A model generated the notes under the pieces. The model was given only the letters and a program-made list of their open reading frames with translations. It made no database searches and was not told the origin of the DNA. The position numbers were made by a program, and so were the translations under genes. A DNA stretch of 64,000 bases from an uncultured Ignavibacteriota bacterium. GTDB taxonomy: Bacteria; Bacteroidota; Ignavibacteria; UBA10030; BY39. Every line of letters begins with the position of its first letter. Position 1 is the first letter of the stretch. Location: assembly GCA_947085285.1 (NCBI GenBank), contig CAMTVZ010000138.1, forward strand, positions 330 through 64,329, given 5' to 3'. Shown here one piece after another: positions 38,609 through 46,790 of this stretch.

Positions 38609-39605
38609 GTCCTGATACGACTATTTCCCCCTGTTCTTCGAGGTTTTTAACAATTTCGATAATTCTTTGTTGCGCTGCTTCAACATCCTTCAATCGAACA
38701 GGTGCCATGTATTGCAACTCTTCTTTTACAAGTTCTTGGGCTCGTTCCGACATATTAGAAAAAATCTTCTGCTTCATCGTTTCGTCGGCAACCTTTAACG
38801 ATATTGCCAAATCTTTTTTATCAATTTCCCGCAATATTCTCTGGATGCCGCGACTGTCAATTTTTATGAGGTCTTCAAATTGGAACATCATTTTCTTTAC
38901 ATCGCCCGACAGAATTTCATCTTTCTGGTCGAGGTGTTCCAAAATAGATTTAGAAGTAAGGTTATCGCAGTTGTTTAATATTTGAGCCACCAATTTTTTC
39001 CCCACGATAGACTGTTTTTCGGTCCCATGTTCGGAAGAAATCAGATTGTTTACGATACTTTCGATTTCGTGGAGAATATTTTTAGGAACTTTCTCTATGG
39101 AAGCCATTCGGTAACTTACATCGTTTCGTGTATCGGTGGGAAAGAACTCGATAACTTCCCCCGCTTTTTCAGCCTCCAGATGTAAAAGTATAATTGCTGC
39201 TGTTTGAGGATGCTCCTCCATTAAAAGTTTGGCAATCTTCTCGCTTTCGATGGCATTTAATTTCTCGAACGATTTAGAGCTCCCTTTAAATTTTACCTTT
39301 TCGATAATTTCTCCTGCTTTTGATTTGCCTAAGGATTGCTCGAGAAATTTTTTAGCCCCCAACTCCCCCCCCTGAATGAAAATTTTATTGGTAGCAGCTA
39401 ATTGAAAAAATTCCTTATAAACTTGATCGACATGGTTGTCTGAAACATTTTTTAAACCGGTAATTTCGCGTGTAATCTCTTCGATTTCTTTTTGCGAAAA
39501 GTATTTCATTAATTTTGCTACGGTTTCTACATCAAGCGAGAGCAAAAATAAAGCTGCTTTTTGCTTTTTAGTTAATTTTTCAGATGTCTCTTTTTTATCA
39601 GGCAT
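38580..39605 (-). CDS. fliG: Rotor protein FliG.
   Basis: The N-terminus reads LTKKQKAALFLLSLDVETVAKLMKYFSQKEIEEI. The C-terminal torque helix region is present. Confidence 0.9.
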   Translation of the reverse strand: MPDKKETSEKLTKKQKAALFLLSLDVETVAKLMKYFSQKEIEEITREITGLKNVSDNHVDQVYKEFFQLAATNKIFIQGGELGAKKFLEQSLGKSKAGEIIEKVKFKGSSKSFEKLNAIESEKIAKLLMEEHPQTAAIILLHLEAEKAGEVIEFFPTDTRNDVSYRMASIEKVPKNILHEIESIVNNLISSEHGTEKQSIVGKKLVAQILNNCDNLTSKSILEHLDQKDEILSGDVKKMMFQFEDLIKIDSRGIQRILREIDKKDLAISLKVADETMKQKIFSNMSERAQELVKEELQYMAPVRLKDVEAAQQRIIEIVKNLEEQGEIVVSGRGGKEEILV

Positions 39606-41101
39606 TATTCCTCATCAGCTAACCAAGCTTTTAATAAGCGCGAAGCTTCTTCCGGATTATTATTCAATAACTCGGCAACTACTTCGCGCCGGTTCCCTTG
39701 ATTTAAAATAGCATCGTATTTTCCTTGCAACGCAGATGGTGCTAATGCAGCAATACCCTCAATAGAATTATCAGTGTTCTTAAATCTTTTTAAAAGCGAC
39801 AATAAAATAACAACCGCGGCCCCCATTGCTATTGCAATAATTAGTAATTTAATCCAATCATCATATTTTGTTACAGGGTCGATCTGATATTGAAAATCAT
39901 CATTTATATTTTCAACTGCAAAAGGAAGATTTACAACTGATATTTCGTCGCCTCGCTGAACATTATAACCGACCGCTCTTTTTACAACTTCCGATATTTT
40001 CATTAATTCATCTTCAGTTCGAGGTTCATTCTCGGTAACAGTCTCGTTGCCTTTTGTTACAACTTTTTGTTTTCCGTTCACAGTAACCGCAATAGATATG
40101 CGTTTGATACTCCCTTGATTTTCAATTATTCTTTCAATTTCTTTATTTATTTCATAATTAGTAACAGTATTGGTACGAATCGATGAAGGGGACGAATCTT
40201 TGGAAGTTGTTTTATCTTCACTTAGCTGCTCGCTTCGTATTGCAGTATTTTCAGGGTCGTATTTTTCCATCGTTCTTTCAACTTGTCTGAAATCGAGTTC
40301 GGCATTCACCTGAACAATTGCATTGTTTGCACCTAACACTCCGTCGAGCAGTGATTGTGCTTTGCTTGTAAGAGATGCTTCAACCTGATGTTGGAGTTCG
40401 TATTGCGCAGCGGTGAGCGAGGCAAAATTATTTTGCTTGTTGTTATTAGATAATAACATCCCACGCGAATCGACTACCGTTACATTTTCCGGATCCAAGC
40501 CTTCGACGCTACTCGAAATTAAATGAACAATCCCTTGAATTGTTTCGGGGCTCGGAGCTTTTCCTGTTCGTAATTTTAAAATCACTGAAGCAGTGGGTGG
40601 CTTTTCGTCTTCCTTAAATAATTTTCTTTCGGGCAATACTATATGCACACGAGCCCCTTCCACTTCGCCAATTTGAAGAATCGTTCGAGCTAATTCTCCT
40701 TCTAAAGCTCGTCGATAATTTACTTTTTGAACAAAATCTGAAATTCCTAAATTCGTTTTGTCGAATATTTCGTAGCCAACAATACTCGACTGTGGAAGCC
40801 CCTCGCCGGCAAGCGATAACCTTAAATCGTATATAATTTCCTTTGGAACTAATATAGTTGAGCCGTTTCCTTCGAGTTTATAAGCTATCGATTTCTCTTT
40901 TAATTTTTCAACTATTTTTGAGGCATCCTGCGGTGCTAAATTACTGAAGAGAGTTCCATAATCGGGACTATTTACAAACATCACCAACGATATTACTGCA
41001 ATAAGGGTTACAACTAAAACTCCTGCAATAATCAGCTTTTGCGAAGTAGAAAGTTTTTTAAAAAACTCAAACGATTGATTTAAATTTAGTTCCTTATCCA
41101 T
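39605..41101 (-). CDS. fliF: MS-ring protein FliF.
   Basis: At 498 aa it has an N-terminal TM segment, a YscJ-like periplasmic domain and a C-terminal TM segment. Confidence 0.9.
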   Translation of the reverse strand: MDKELNLNQSFEFFKKLSTSQKLIIAGVLVVTLIAVISLVMFVNSPDYGTLFSNLAPQDASKIVEKLKEKSIAYKLEGNGSTILVPKEIIYDLRLSLAGEGLPQSSIVGYEIFDKTNLGISDFVQKVNYRRALEGELARTILQIGEVEGARVHIVLPERKLFKEDEKPPTASVILKLRTGKAPSPETIQGIVHLISSSVEGLDPENVTVVDSRGMLLSNNNKQNNFASLTAAQYELQHQVEASLTSKAQSLLDGVLGANNAIVQVNAELDFRQVERTMEKYDPENTAIRSEQLSEDKTTSKDSSPSSIRTNTVTNYEINKEIERIIENQGSIKRISIAVTVNGKQKVVTKGNETVTENEPRTEDELMKISEVVKRAVGYNVQRGDEISVVNLPFAVENINDDFQYQIDPVTKYDDWIKLLIIAIAMGAAVVILLSLLKRFKNTDNSIEGIAALAPSALQGKYDAILNQGNRREVVAELLNNNPEEASRLLKAWLADEE

Positions 41102-41106
41102 AATTA

Positions 41107-41412
41107 TTATACCTGCATCCTCATTATTTCACGGTATGCATCTATTGCTTTGTTGCGCACTTCCATCAATAACTCGAAACTAGTTTTTGCTTTTTCTGCG
41201 GCAATCATTACCTCGTGTAAATCAATTGGATCGCCTTTTACCAATTTTTCTACAGCTTCTCCGGCTTGAGCTTGCAAATTATTTACAGCCGCCGTTGCTT
41301 CTTTTAAAGTTTCGCCAAACGATTTGTTGGTTTCTTGAATCGCTTCGTTTATTTTCTGTTTCTTTTGCATAGCATCGTTCGGTAACAATGTTAATCTGTT
41401 GCTGATTTTCAT
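41107..41412 (-). CDS. fliE: FliE.
   Basis: The 101 aa protein ends in DLHEVMIAAEKAKTSFELLMEVRNKAIDAYREIM. Confidence 0.8.
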   Translation of the reverse strand: MKISNRLTLLPNDAMQKKQKINEAIQETNKSFGETLKEATAAVNNLQAQAGEAVEKLVKGDPIDLHEVMIAAEKAKTSFELLMEVRNKAIDAYREIMRMQV

Positions 41413-41414
41413 AT

Positions 41415-41663
41415 CTATCCTTTCCTGTCGATTACTGTTCCAACCTGCATTTTTTTTGGAGTTCCTGATTTGCTGTAAAAATATTCTTCCCGAATTTCCT
41501 TCGAAGCTTCGGGAAAAACCTTTTCAAAAAATTTTGTTTCGGCCTTTGATAAAATTTCGTTCTTAATGTTCTCTGTAATTTGAAAATTAGCCTTGTCGGC
41601 TTTCTTATATTTATTTACCAAAAGCGATTGGGTGATTGATGATTTTATTTCGTTAACATTCAT
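41415..41663 (-). CDS. Hypothetical 82 aa lysine-rich protein inserted between flgC and fliE.
   Basis: A tightly packed ORF with 3-nt gaps on both sides. I recognise no family. The canonical flgB-flgC-fliE triplet is interrupted here. Confidence 0.4.
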   Translation of the reverse strand: MNVNEIKSSITQSLLVNKYKKADKANFQITENIKNEILSKAETKFFEKVFPEASKEIREEYFYSKSGTPKKMQVGTVIDRKG

Positions 41664-41666
41664 TAA

Positions 41667-42164
41667 TCAAATCTCCAGACTGTCTTTAGCTATACTTTTT
41701 TCAGCATTAATAACAGTTACGTTGGCTTCGTAAGCTCGTGAGGCTGAAATCATATTCACCATTTCAGCCACTATGTTTACATTTGGGAGGCGAACATAAC
41801 CGTCTTGGTTCGCATCGGGGTGAGTGGGGTCGTAAACCATTTTTAAATGCGAATCGTCCTCTTCAACCTCTATTTCGATCGATTTTACAGGGTTTTGAGA
41901 AACTGGTGTTTCGATTTCCGCCACTGATATATGATTAGGATTTGTTGTACTTAGCGAAGCGCTATGTTCGCGAATTGTGCTTAGAAACGACTGCTTCGAT
42001 GTTTGTTTTACTTGAACTACTTTTCGTTTGTAAGGCAAACCCTCTTCGGTTCGTGTCGTTTCAGTATTTGCAATATTTTCAGCGATTGCATCCATACGTT
42101 TGCGTTGCACTTTCAAACCGAATGCTGCAACATTTAGCCCGGAAAAAATTTTTTCTAGTTTCAT
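41667..42164 (-). CDS. flgC: Proximal rod protein FlgC.
   Basis: The N-terminus reads FSGLNVAAFGLKVQRKRMDAIAENIANTETTRT. The C-terminus reads VNMISASRAYEANVTVI. Confidence 0.9.
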   Translation of the reverse strand: MKLEKIFSGLNVAAFGLKVQRKRMDAIAENIANTETTRTEEGLPYKRKVVQVKQTSKQSFLSTIREHSASLSTTNPNHISVAEIETPVSQNPVKSIEIEVEEDDSHLKMVYDPTHPDANQDGYVRLPNVNIVAEMVNMISASRAYEANVTVINAEKSIAKDSLEI

Positions 42165-42583
42165 GAATATCCTTTTATACTTTTTTGAATACCTTTAAAA
42201 CTATCGGCAATAATTCGTGCAGCAAACTTAAACCTGATTTGATTTTTTGCTAACTCAGCCATTTCTAAATCGATGTCCACATCGTTAATACCGCTTTTTA
42301 GTTCATTGTCGCTATTCCCCTCCACAGAATTTTCAACTACTTTTGGATTTAGATCCGTAAACTTTGAAGAGTTTATAGGAATATGATCAGGATGAGTGCA
42401 GCCATCTATGTTGGAATTTTTCGACATCGCTAAGTTTAGTTCTTCCTCAAATCTTACACTTTTACTTTTGTATCCTTCTGTAGTAATGTTTGCAATATTC
42501 AATGCGATTGTTTTTTGACGGAGCGAATAAGCATCGAGGGCTTTGCTCAACAACGGTATTTTTGTCTTGTTGAAAATATTCAT
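42161..42583 (-). CDS. flgB: Proximal rod protein FlgB.
   Basis: The N-terminus reads LDAYSLRQKTIALNIANITTEGYK. The C-terminus reads MAELAKNQIRFKFAARI. Confidence 0.85.
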   Translation of the reverse strand: MNIFNKTKIPLLSKALDAYSLRQKTIALNIANITTEGYKSKSVRFEEELNLAMSKNSNIDGCTHPDHIPINSSKFTDLNPKVVENSVEGNSDNELKSGINDVDIDLEMAELAKNQIRFKFAARIIADSFKGIQKSIKGYS

Positions 42584-42804
42584 TTGCTATCCTTAAATAA
42601 CGAAGCTGGAATCGCCAGCGATGTTCCACAGCAATCTATTTGATGTGTAAATATCAACAACCCTTCCGGTCGCAAACCCAAATGTATTTTTTTTCTGTCT
42701 ATCATGTGTCCATTAAAATCGATATCCTGGTCATTCAAAAAGGTTTCTTTCGATTCCCAGCTTTTTCCACATAAAGTACAGTTTTTAAAAACTTTATTTC
42801 GCAT
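42580..42804 (-). CDS. Small Cys-containing protein with CxxC and a CC pair, possibly a zinc ribbon. It is the first ORF of the flgB operon.
   Basis: The 74 aa protein starts MRNKVFKNCTLCGKSW and ends QIDCCGTSLAIP. It overlaps the flgB start by 4 nt. Its ATG lies about 20 nt downstream of the putative sigma-54 box. Confidence 0.4.
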   Translation of the reverse strand: MRNKVFKNCTLCGKSWESKETFLNDQDIDFNGHMIDRKKIHLGLRPEGLLIFTHQIDCCGTSLAIPASLFKDSK

Positions 42805-42831
42805 ATATTCTTTTTGTTTTTAAAACATATG

Positions 42832-42847
42832 TTCAAACGATGTGCCA
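42832..42847 (-). promoter_or_regulatory. Putative sigma-54 promoter of the flgB operon (TGGCAC-N5-TTGAA).
   Basis: The minus strand reads TGGCACATCGTTTGAA, about 28 nt upstream of the first ATG (42804). The -12 element reads TTGA, not TTGC. A sigma-54 activator is encoded immediately upstream. Confidence 0.5.
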
Positions 42848-42999
42848 CGAAGAAATTTTATTGAAATAGGCAATTAATTAGAAAAATAGAACAGTATTTG
42901 GAGACTATTAGACAAACTGTTAACTATTAGCCAACGGATGTAAATTAGATAGTGAGGTGTACAAAAGAATAAGCAGCTACAGAAATAATATTGTTTTTT

Positions 43000-43015
43000 G
43001 GGGGGGATAATGAAC
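43000..43015 (-). promoter_or_regulatory. G-tract motif copy 2 (plus strand GGGGGGGATAATGAAC), about 155 nt upstream of the flgB sigma-54 box.
   Basis: A G7 homopolymer inside the same motif. Confidence 0.4.
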
Positions 43016-43192
43016 AGGCAAGGAGTTTTTTTGCTAGTGAGAGGTATCGTCAAGCTAACACGGTGGTTGGGCAAGCTTAATATCCACAATTAGAGACCTC
43101 TTAAAAAAAATTAAATCTCTAATGAATTAATCATTTGGGTAGAACACGTGCGAAGTATCACATCGGTAGATAAACACCGATTATTATCAGTG

Positions 43193-44608
43193 TTAATTTA
43201 ACGATTGTATTTTAGCTGTTTTATCTGTGTCGATCCCTAATTGTTCCATTCTATAACGAAGTTTCGACCTCGATATACCTAAAATTTTAGCTGCTTGAAC
43301 TTGATTACCATTAGTTAGGATCAAAGTTTTTAGGATTAGATCTTTAACCACCTTCTCCATTTTGATTCCAGTGGGCGGAATATCAAGGTTATATTCGCTG
43401 TTTGTCGATCTTTTTTCTTCGTGTTTATGTACAACGGGGTCTAAAAAATAAAAATGGTCAACCTCGATAATAGGGCAATCGTTAAGAAGATTTACTCGCT
43501 CGATCGCATTTCGTAATTCACGAACATTACCTTTCCAGCGGTATGCTTGCAGATACTCGATAGCTTCCTTGCTAATTTTGATAGCCGGTTTACCAAAACG
43601 TTTACTAAATTCTTCTTGGAATGCAGCGGTAATGGGAGGTATATCTTCGGGGCGCTCACGTAGTGGTGGAATATGAATACTTGCAACGTTAATGCGGTAA
43701 TAGAGGTCTTCGCGAAATCTGCCAGCTGCAACTTCCTTGGCAAGGTTGCGATTAGTAGCGGCAATAATTCGTACATCTACTTTTATTTCAGTATTCCCTC
43801 CAAGTCGGTAAAATTTCTTCTCCTCGAGGACACGTAACAGTTTGACTTGCATCTCAAGTGAGAGTTCTCCAATTTCATCTAACAAAATAGTACCACCGTC
43901 AGCAAGTTCAAATTTTCCAAGTTTCATTTTCTCCGAAGCTCCAGTAAAAGCTCCTTTCTCGTATCCAAATAATTCGCTTTCAGCCAAATCTTTTGGAATG
44001 GCACCACAATTTATTGTGATAAAGAGATTATCAGCACGATTGCTTTTTTCATAAATATAACGGGCAATTAGCTCTTTTCCCGTACCGCTCTCGCCTTCAA
44101 GTAAAACAGTTGTGTTGCTTTTGGCTAACTTGTTTGCAACCTGCAGAACTTTGTGCATTTTATCGCTTTTATAAATTATGCCTAAGTGTGAGCGAGTTTC
44201 TTCTAGCTCCTCTTTGAGTAAACTTACCTGATTTATCAACCGGTGTTGCAACAAAGCTTTTTCAATTATGATTTTTAGTCTATTCAAATCTATCGGCTTT
44301 TCAATAAAATCTTCGGCCCCTTCTTTCATTGCCTCGACCGCAAGATTAACATTAGCTTGTCCGGTAATCATAACAACAGGTATTTTCCAACCCTCCTTAT
44401 TAATTTTCTTTAAAAGCTGAATTCCGTTTAATTCTCCTAAATATACATCCAATAAAATAATATCGGGGTGTGTTTGTGCCAGAACTGAAAACAAATTTTT
44501 TCCGGCAAAACAGCTACTTACATCGTAGCCCCAAGTAGTGAGGATTTTTTCAAACGTTTGGACGATCATTGGTTCGTCGTCGACAACTAAAATTTTTTTC
44601 TTACTCAT
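43193..44608 (-). CDS. Sigma-54-dependent response regulator (NtrC family: REC, AAA+ sigma-54 activation domain, Fis HTH), FleR/FlgR/FlrC-like.
   Basis: The REC domain reads ILVVDDEPM...LLDVYLGELNG. Walker A reads LLEGESGTGKELIARYIY. The GAFTGA motif appears as EKGAFTGAS. The HTH reads AAKILGISRSKLRYRMEQLGI. Confidence 0.9.
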   Translation of the reverse strand: MSKKKILVVDDEPMIVQTFEKILTTWGYDVSSCFAGKNLFSVLAQTHPDIILLDVYLGELNGIQLLKKINKEGWKIPVVMITGQANVNLAVEAMKEGAEDFIEKPIDLNRLKIIIEKALLQHRLINQVSLLKEELEETRSHLGIIYKSDKMHKVLQVANKLAKSNTTVLLEGESGTGKELIARYIYEKSNRADNLFITINCGAIPKDLAESELFGYEKGAFTGASEKMKLGKFELADGGTILLDEIGELSLEMQVKLLRVLEEKKFYRLGGNTEIKVDVRIIAATNRNLAKEVAAGRFREDLYYRINVASIHIPPLRERPEDIPPITAAFQEEFSKRFGKPAIKISKEAIEYLQAYRWKGNVRELRNAIERVNLLNDCPIIEVDHFYFLDPVVHKHEEKRSTNSEYNLDIPPTGIKMEKVVKDLILKTLILTNGNQVQAAKILGISRSKLRYRMEQLGIDTDKTAKIQSLN

Positions 44609-45645
44609 ATATTATTCTTTTGTGAAAAAATTATACGTGTTATTAAGCCACCGTCGGGCGATTTTTCGACTTGCATTTTTGCATTATTGCACATCAGAAA
44701 ATCGGTAGTAAAGGGTTTGGTAGCTTCGCTTGATTTTATGAAATAGCCAACACTCATATTAAAATTTGCATTAAATTCTTCTATCGAAACGCCAGAATTT
44801 GAATCTTTAATAACAACAAAAATACTGTACGGTGGTAAGGCAGGTTTGGCGAATGATAATTCTAAAATTCCGCTCGTTACTGTAATTCGCGAATTTTCAG
44901 GGGAATAGTAAATTACTGTTTTCAATATATTTTTGAAAGCTTCTGTAATTTGTTTGGAATTAATTTTAATCGCTGGTAAATCTTCGTCTAAATGTAAATC
45001 AAGTTGTAGGTTCTTCTCTTTTATTGGAATAAGAATTGCTTGTATTGCTTCCATCATTAAACTATTTACATCATGGTCGGTTTGTGTATTATCGCCAAGG
45101 TGTATAAGGGATGCTATCCGTTCCAGAATGTTAGTAATTCTGTTGCTCGCCTTTATAGCAAAATTGATTTCGGCCCGATCTTTATCGTGTCCGGTTTGTT
45201 GAAGAAATTGCAAATTCATTATAATAATACCTAAGGGGTTGCGAATTTCGTGTACTATGCGAGCAGTAAAATTTGATAAATTAGAAAAAAATTGTTGAAA
45301 CGAATTTATCTTTTTTTTAAAATTTTCAGAAGATATTTCCTGAATGAATAACGCAACCTCGTTGTTGGCTAAACCACCGATGTGACTGACGATAATGTAA
45401 ATATCGAAAATGTTGTTATTTTTAGTTTTTAAATAATACTCGCCCGATTTAAAAGTTTTTGTGTCTACAGCCTTGCTGGCATCGGCATCTTCATAAATTG
45501 GAAATGTTTGTAAATTAAGAATCTCGATTTCCGAAAAACCAAATAATTGAAGAGCCGATTCGTTAATATCAACCACCCTTGCCTCATTCGTGTTAACTAT
45601 AATAACTGGATTTTTTATAGTTTTTATAAAATCAACTATGTTCAT
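44605..45645 (-). CDS. Cytoplasmic PAS-type sensor histidine kinase paired with the sigma-54 activator (FleS/FlgS-like).
   Basis: The H-box reads ARIVHEIRNPLGII. The HATPase D-box reads VIKDSNSGVS. There is no TM segment. It overlaps the regulator start by 4 nt. Confidence 0.8.
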   Translation of the reverse strand: MNIVDFIKTIKNPVIIVNTNEARVVDINESALQLFGFSEIEILNLQTFPIYEDADASKAVDTKTFKSGEYYLKTKNNNIFDIYIIVSHIGGLANNEVALFIQEISSENFKKKINSFQQFFSNLSNFTARIVHEIRNPLGIIIMNLQFLQQTGHDKDRAEINFAIKASNRITNILERIASLIHLGDNTQTDHDVNSLMMEAIQAILIPIKEKNLQLDLHLDEDLPAIKINSKQITEAFKNILKTVIYYSPENSRITVTSGILELSFAKPALPPYSIFVVIKDSNSGVSIEEFNANFNMSVGYFIKSSEATKPFTTDFLMCNNAKMQVEKSPDGGLITRIIFSQKNNI

Positions 45646-45683
45646 TAAATTATTAACAGGAAAATTTTAAATTATAATGATGG

Positions 45684-45712
45684 TTATTATATAAAAAATT
45701 TGGGTAATAAAC
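45684..45712 (-). promoter_or_regulatory. Possible sigma-70-type promoter for the kinase/sigma-54-activator operon.
   Basis: The minus strand reads TTGTTT-N17-TATAAT, about 40 nt upstream of the kinase ATG. A G-tract motif lies just 5' of the -35. Confidence 0.25.
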
Positions 45713-45716
45713 AACA

Positions 45717-45730
45717 GAGGGGGAAAATGA
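45717..45730 (-). promoter_or_regulatory. G-tract motif copy 4 (plus strand GGGGGAAAATGAAG), upstream of the kinase/sigma-54-activator operon.
   Basis: It lies 4 nt 5' of the putative -35. Confidence 0.35.
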
Positions 45731-45781
45731 AGCCCTTTTCGCTGAGAGCGAAATTTATTGATATAACTATGCCGTAGCGAA

Positions 45782-46045
45782 CTAAGAAGGTTCGTTTTTT
45801 AAATCTTTTAAAACCTTCTCTGCAATTTTTTCTAAAACTTCGTACTGATCATAAAACCCTTCTTTAAGTTTTTTTTCGATCTCTTCTAATTGTTTTACTT
45901 TTTGATCTTTTGCGAGAGCACGAGCTGCTTCCGATATGTTCACCTTGTCGGTGTCCGACGGCTTGGTATTTTCGGTCGGCTTCGTTTTCTTTAATTTCGG
46001 TATCTCGACCGGATATCCACTTTTATTTATTTTATTAATAGTCAT
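45782..46045 (-). CDS. flgM: Anti-sigma-28 factor FlgM.
   Basis: The 87 aa protein ends in ISEAARALAKDQ...KLKEGFYDQYEVLEKIAEKVLKD, which resembles the sigma-28-binding helices. Confidence 0.7.
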   Translation of the reverse strand: MTINKINKSGYPVEIPKLKKTKPTENTKPSDTDKVNISEAARALAKDQKVKQLEEIEKKLKEGFYDQYEVLEKIAEKVLKDLKNEPS

Positions 46046-46057
46046 AATAATCTCTTT

Positions 46058-46462
46058 TTATTTGTACGATGCAATTGCTTTTTGAATTGTAGCTTTTTTA
46101 ATTAATTCGATCAATTCGTTTTTTTTTGTGTCGAGCGTGTAAGATAACAATTCGTTACTGTTACGTAATTCTTCAAATAGGGGTAAAAATATTTCATTCA
46201 GTTTGTCTTTTACTTCTATGCTTGTAGTAAAATAATAAATTTTCTCTTTTAATAAAACTGCCCGATTTAATAACACTTCTCGTTTTTCTATCAGCTCGGT
46301 TGCTTTATCGTATTCCTCATTCGCAATACATTGTGTGAGGAAAGAAGTAATTGAGTTGATATTTTCGCAAATCTGCCTTTGTTCAACGATAAATTTTTCG
46401 ATGTTGCTGATCGCAGTTTTATATTCAAATGTATAACTCGTATTTATGTTACGATTTTTCAT
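46058..46462 (-). CDS. Putative flagellar chaperone (FlgN/FliT-like), all-helical, 134 aa.
   Basis: It sits between flaG and flgM. It has helical heptad character. No motif is decisive. Confidence 0.3.
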   Translation of the reverse strand: MKNRNINTSYTFEYKTAISNIEKFIVEQRQICENINSITSFLTQCIANEEYDKATELIEKREVLLNRAVLLKEKIYYFTTSIEVKDKLNEIFLPLFEELRNSNELLSYTLDTKKNELIELIKKATIQKAIASYK

Positions 46463-46784
46463 CGACCAGCAGTCCTATAAATTTTGCAATATTTTCAGAA
46501 ATCTTCCTCAATTCCTTGGGAGGGATTTCTTTTATTACTTCATTAGTTTCAGAATCTATCAATCTGATTATTACTTTTTTAGTTTTTTCGTCTATCGAGA
46601 AAGTTAAATTAATTTTATACTGACTGATTTTTTCGTTTATTATTTTTGTCAGTTCAATAATTTTTTCGACAGATAAATTATCTTCAGCTTTTTGTATTAT
46701 TCTACTTTTACGGCTAAGCCCCTTATCGTTCGTATCGACCACGCCCGATTTATTAATTTGCGATATGTTTTCGATAGATTTCAT
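46449..46784 (-). CDS. flaG: FlaG family protein.
   Basis: The C-terminus reads TFSIDEKTKKVIIRLIDSETNEVIKEIPPKELRKI. It is next to fliD. Confidence 0.6.
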   Translation of the reverse strand: MKSIENISQINKSGVVDTNDKGLSRKSRIIQKAEDNLSVEKIIELTKIINEKISQYKINLTFSIDEKTKKVIIRLIDSETNEVIKEIPPKELRKISENIAKFIGLLVDEKS

Positions 46785-46790
46785 AAAATA

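Noticed and set aside
42874-43089. 71 aa minus-strand ORF in the 388-nt intergenic region upstream of flgB.
   Set aside because: The translation is hydrophobic and nonsensical (MWILSLPNHRVSL...). There is no RBS. The region is better explained as the promoter or enhancer region of the flgB operon.
43147-43185. Hairpin atcggt-agataaac-accgat after the stop of the sigma-54 activator as a terminator.
   Set aside because: It has a 6-bp stem and no following T-run on the minus strand. It is too weak to call.
45776-45797. Hairpin cgaac-taagaag-gttcg followed by TTTTTT at the flgM stop. It looks like a terminator.
   Set aside because: The T-run is on the plus strand, where there is no gene. On the minus strand the hairpin is followed by A-rich sequence, so it is not a terminator for flgM. 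It overlaps the stop codon.
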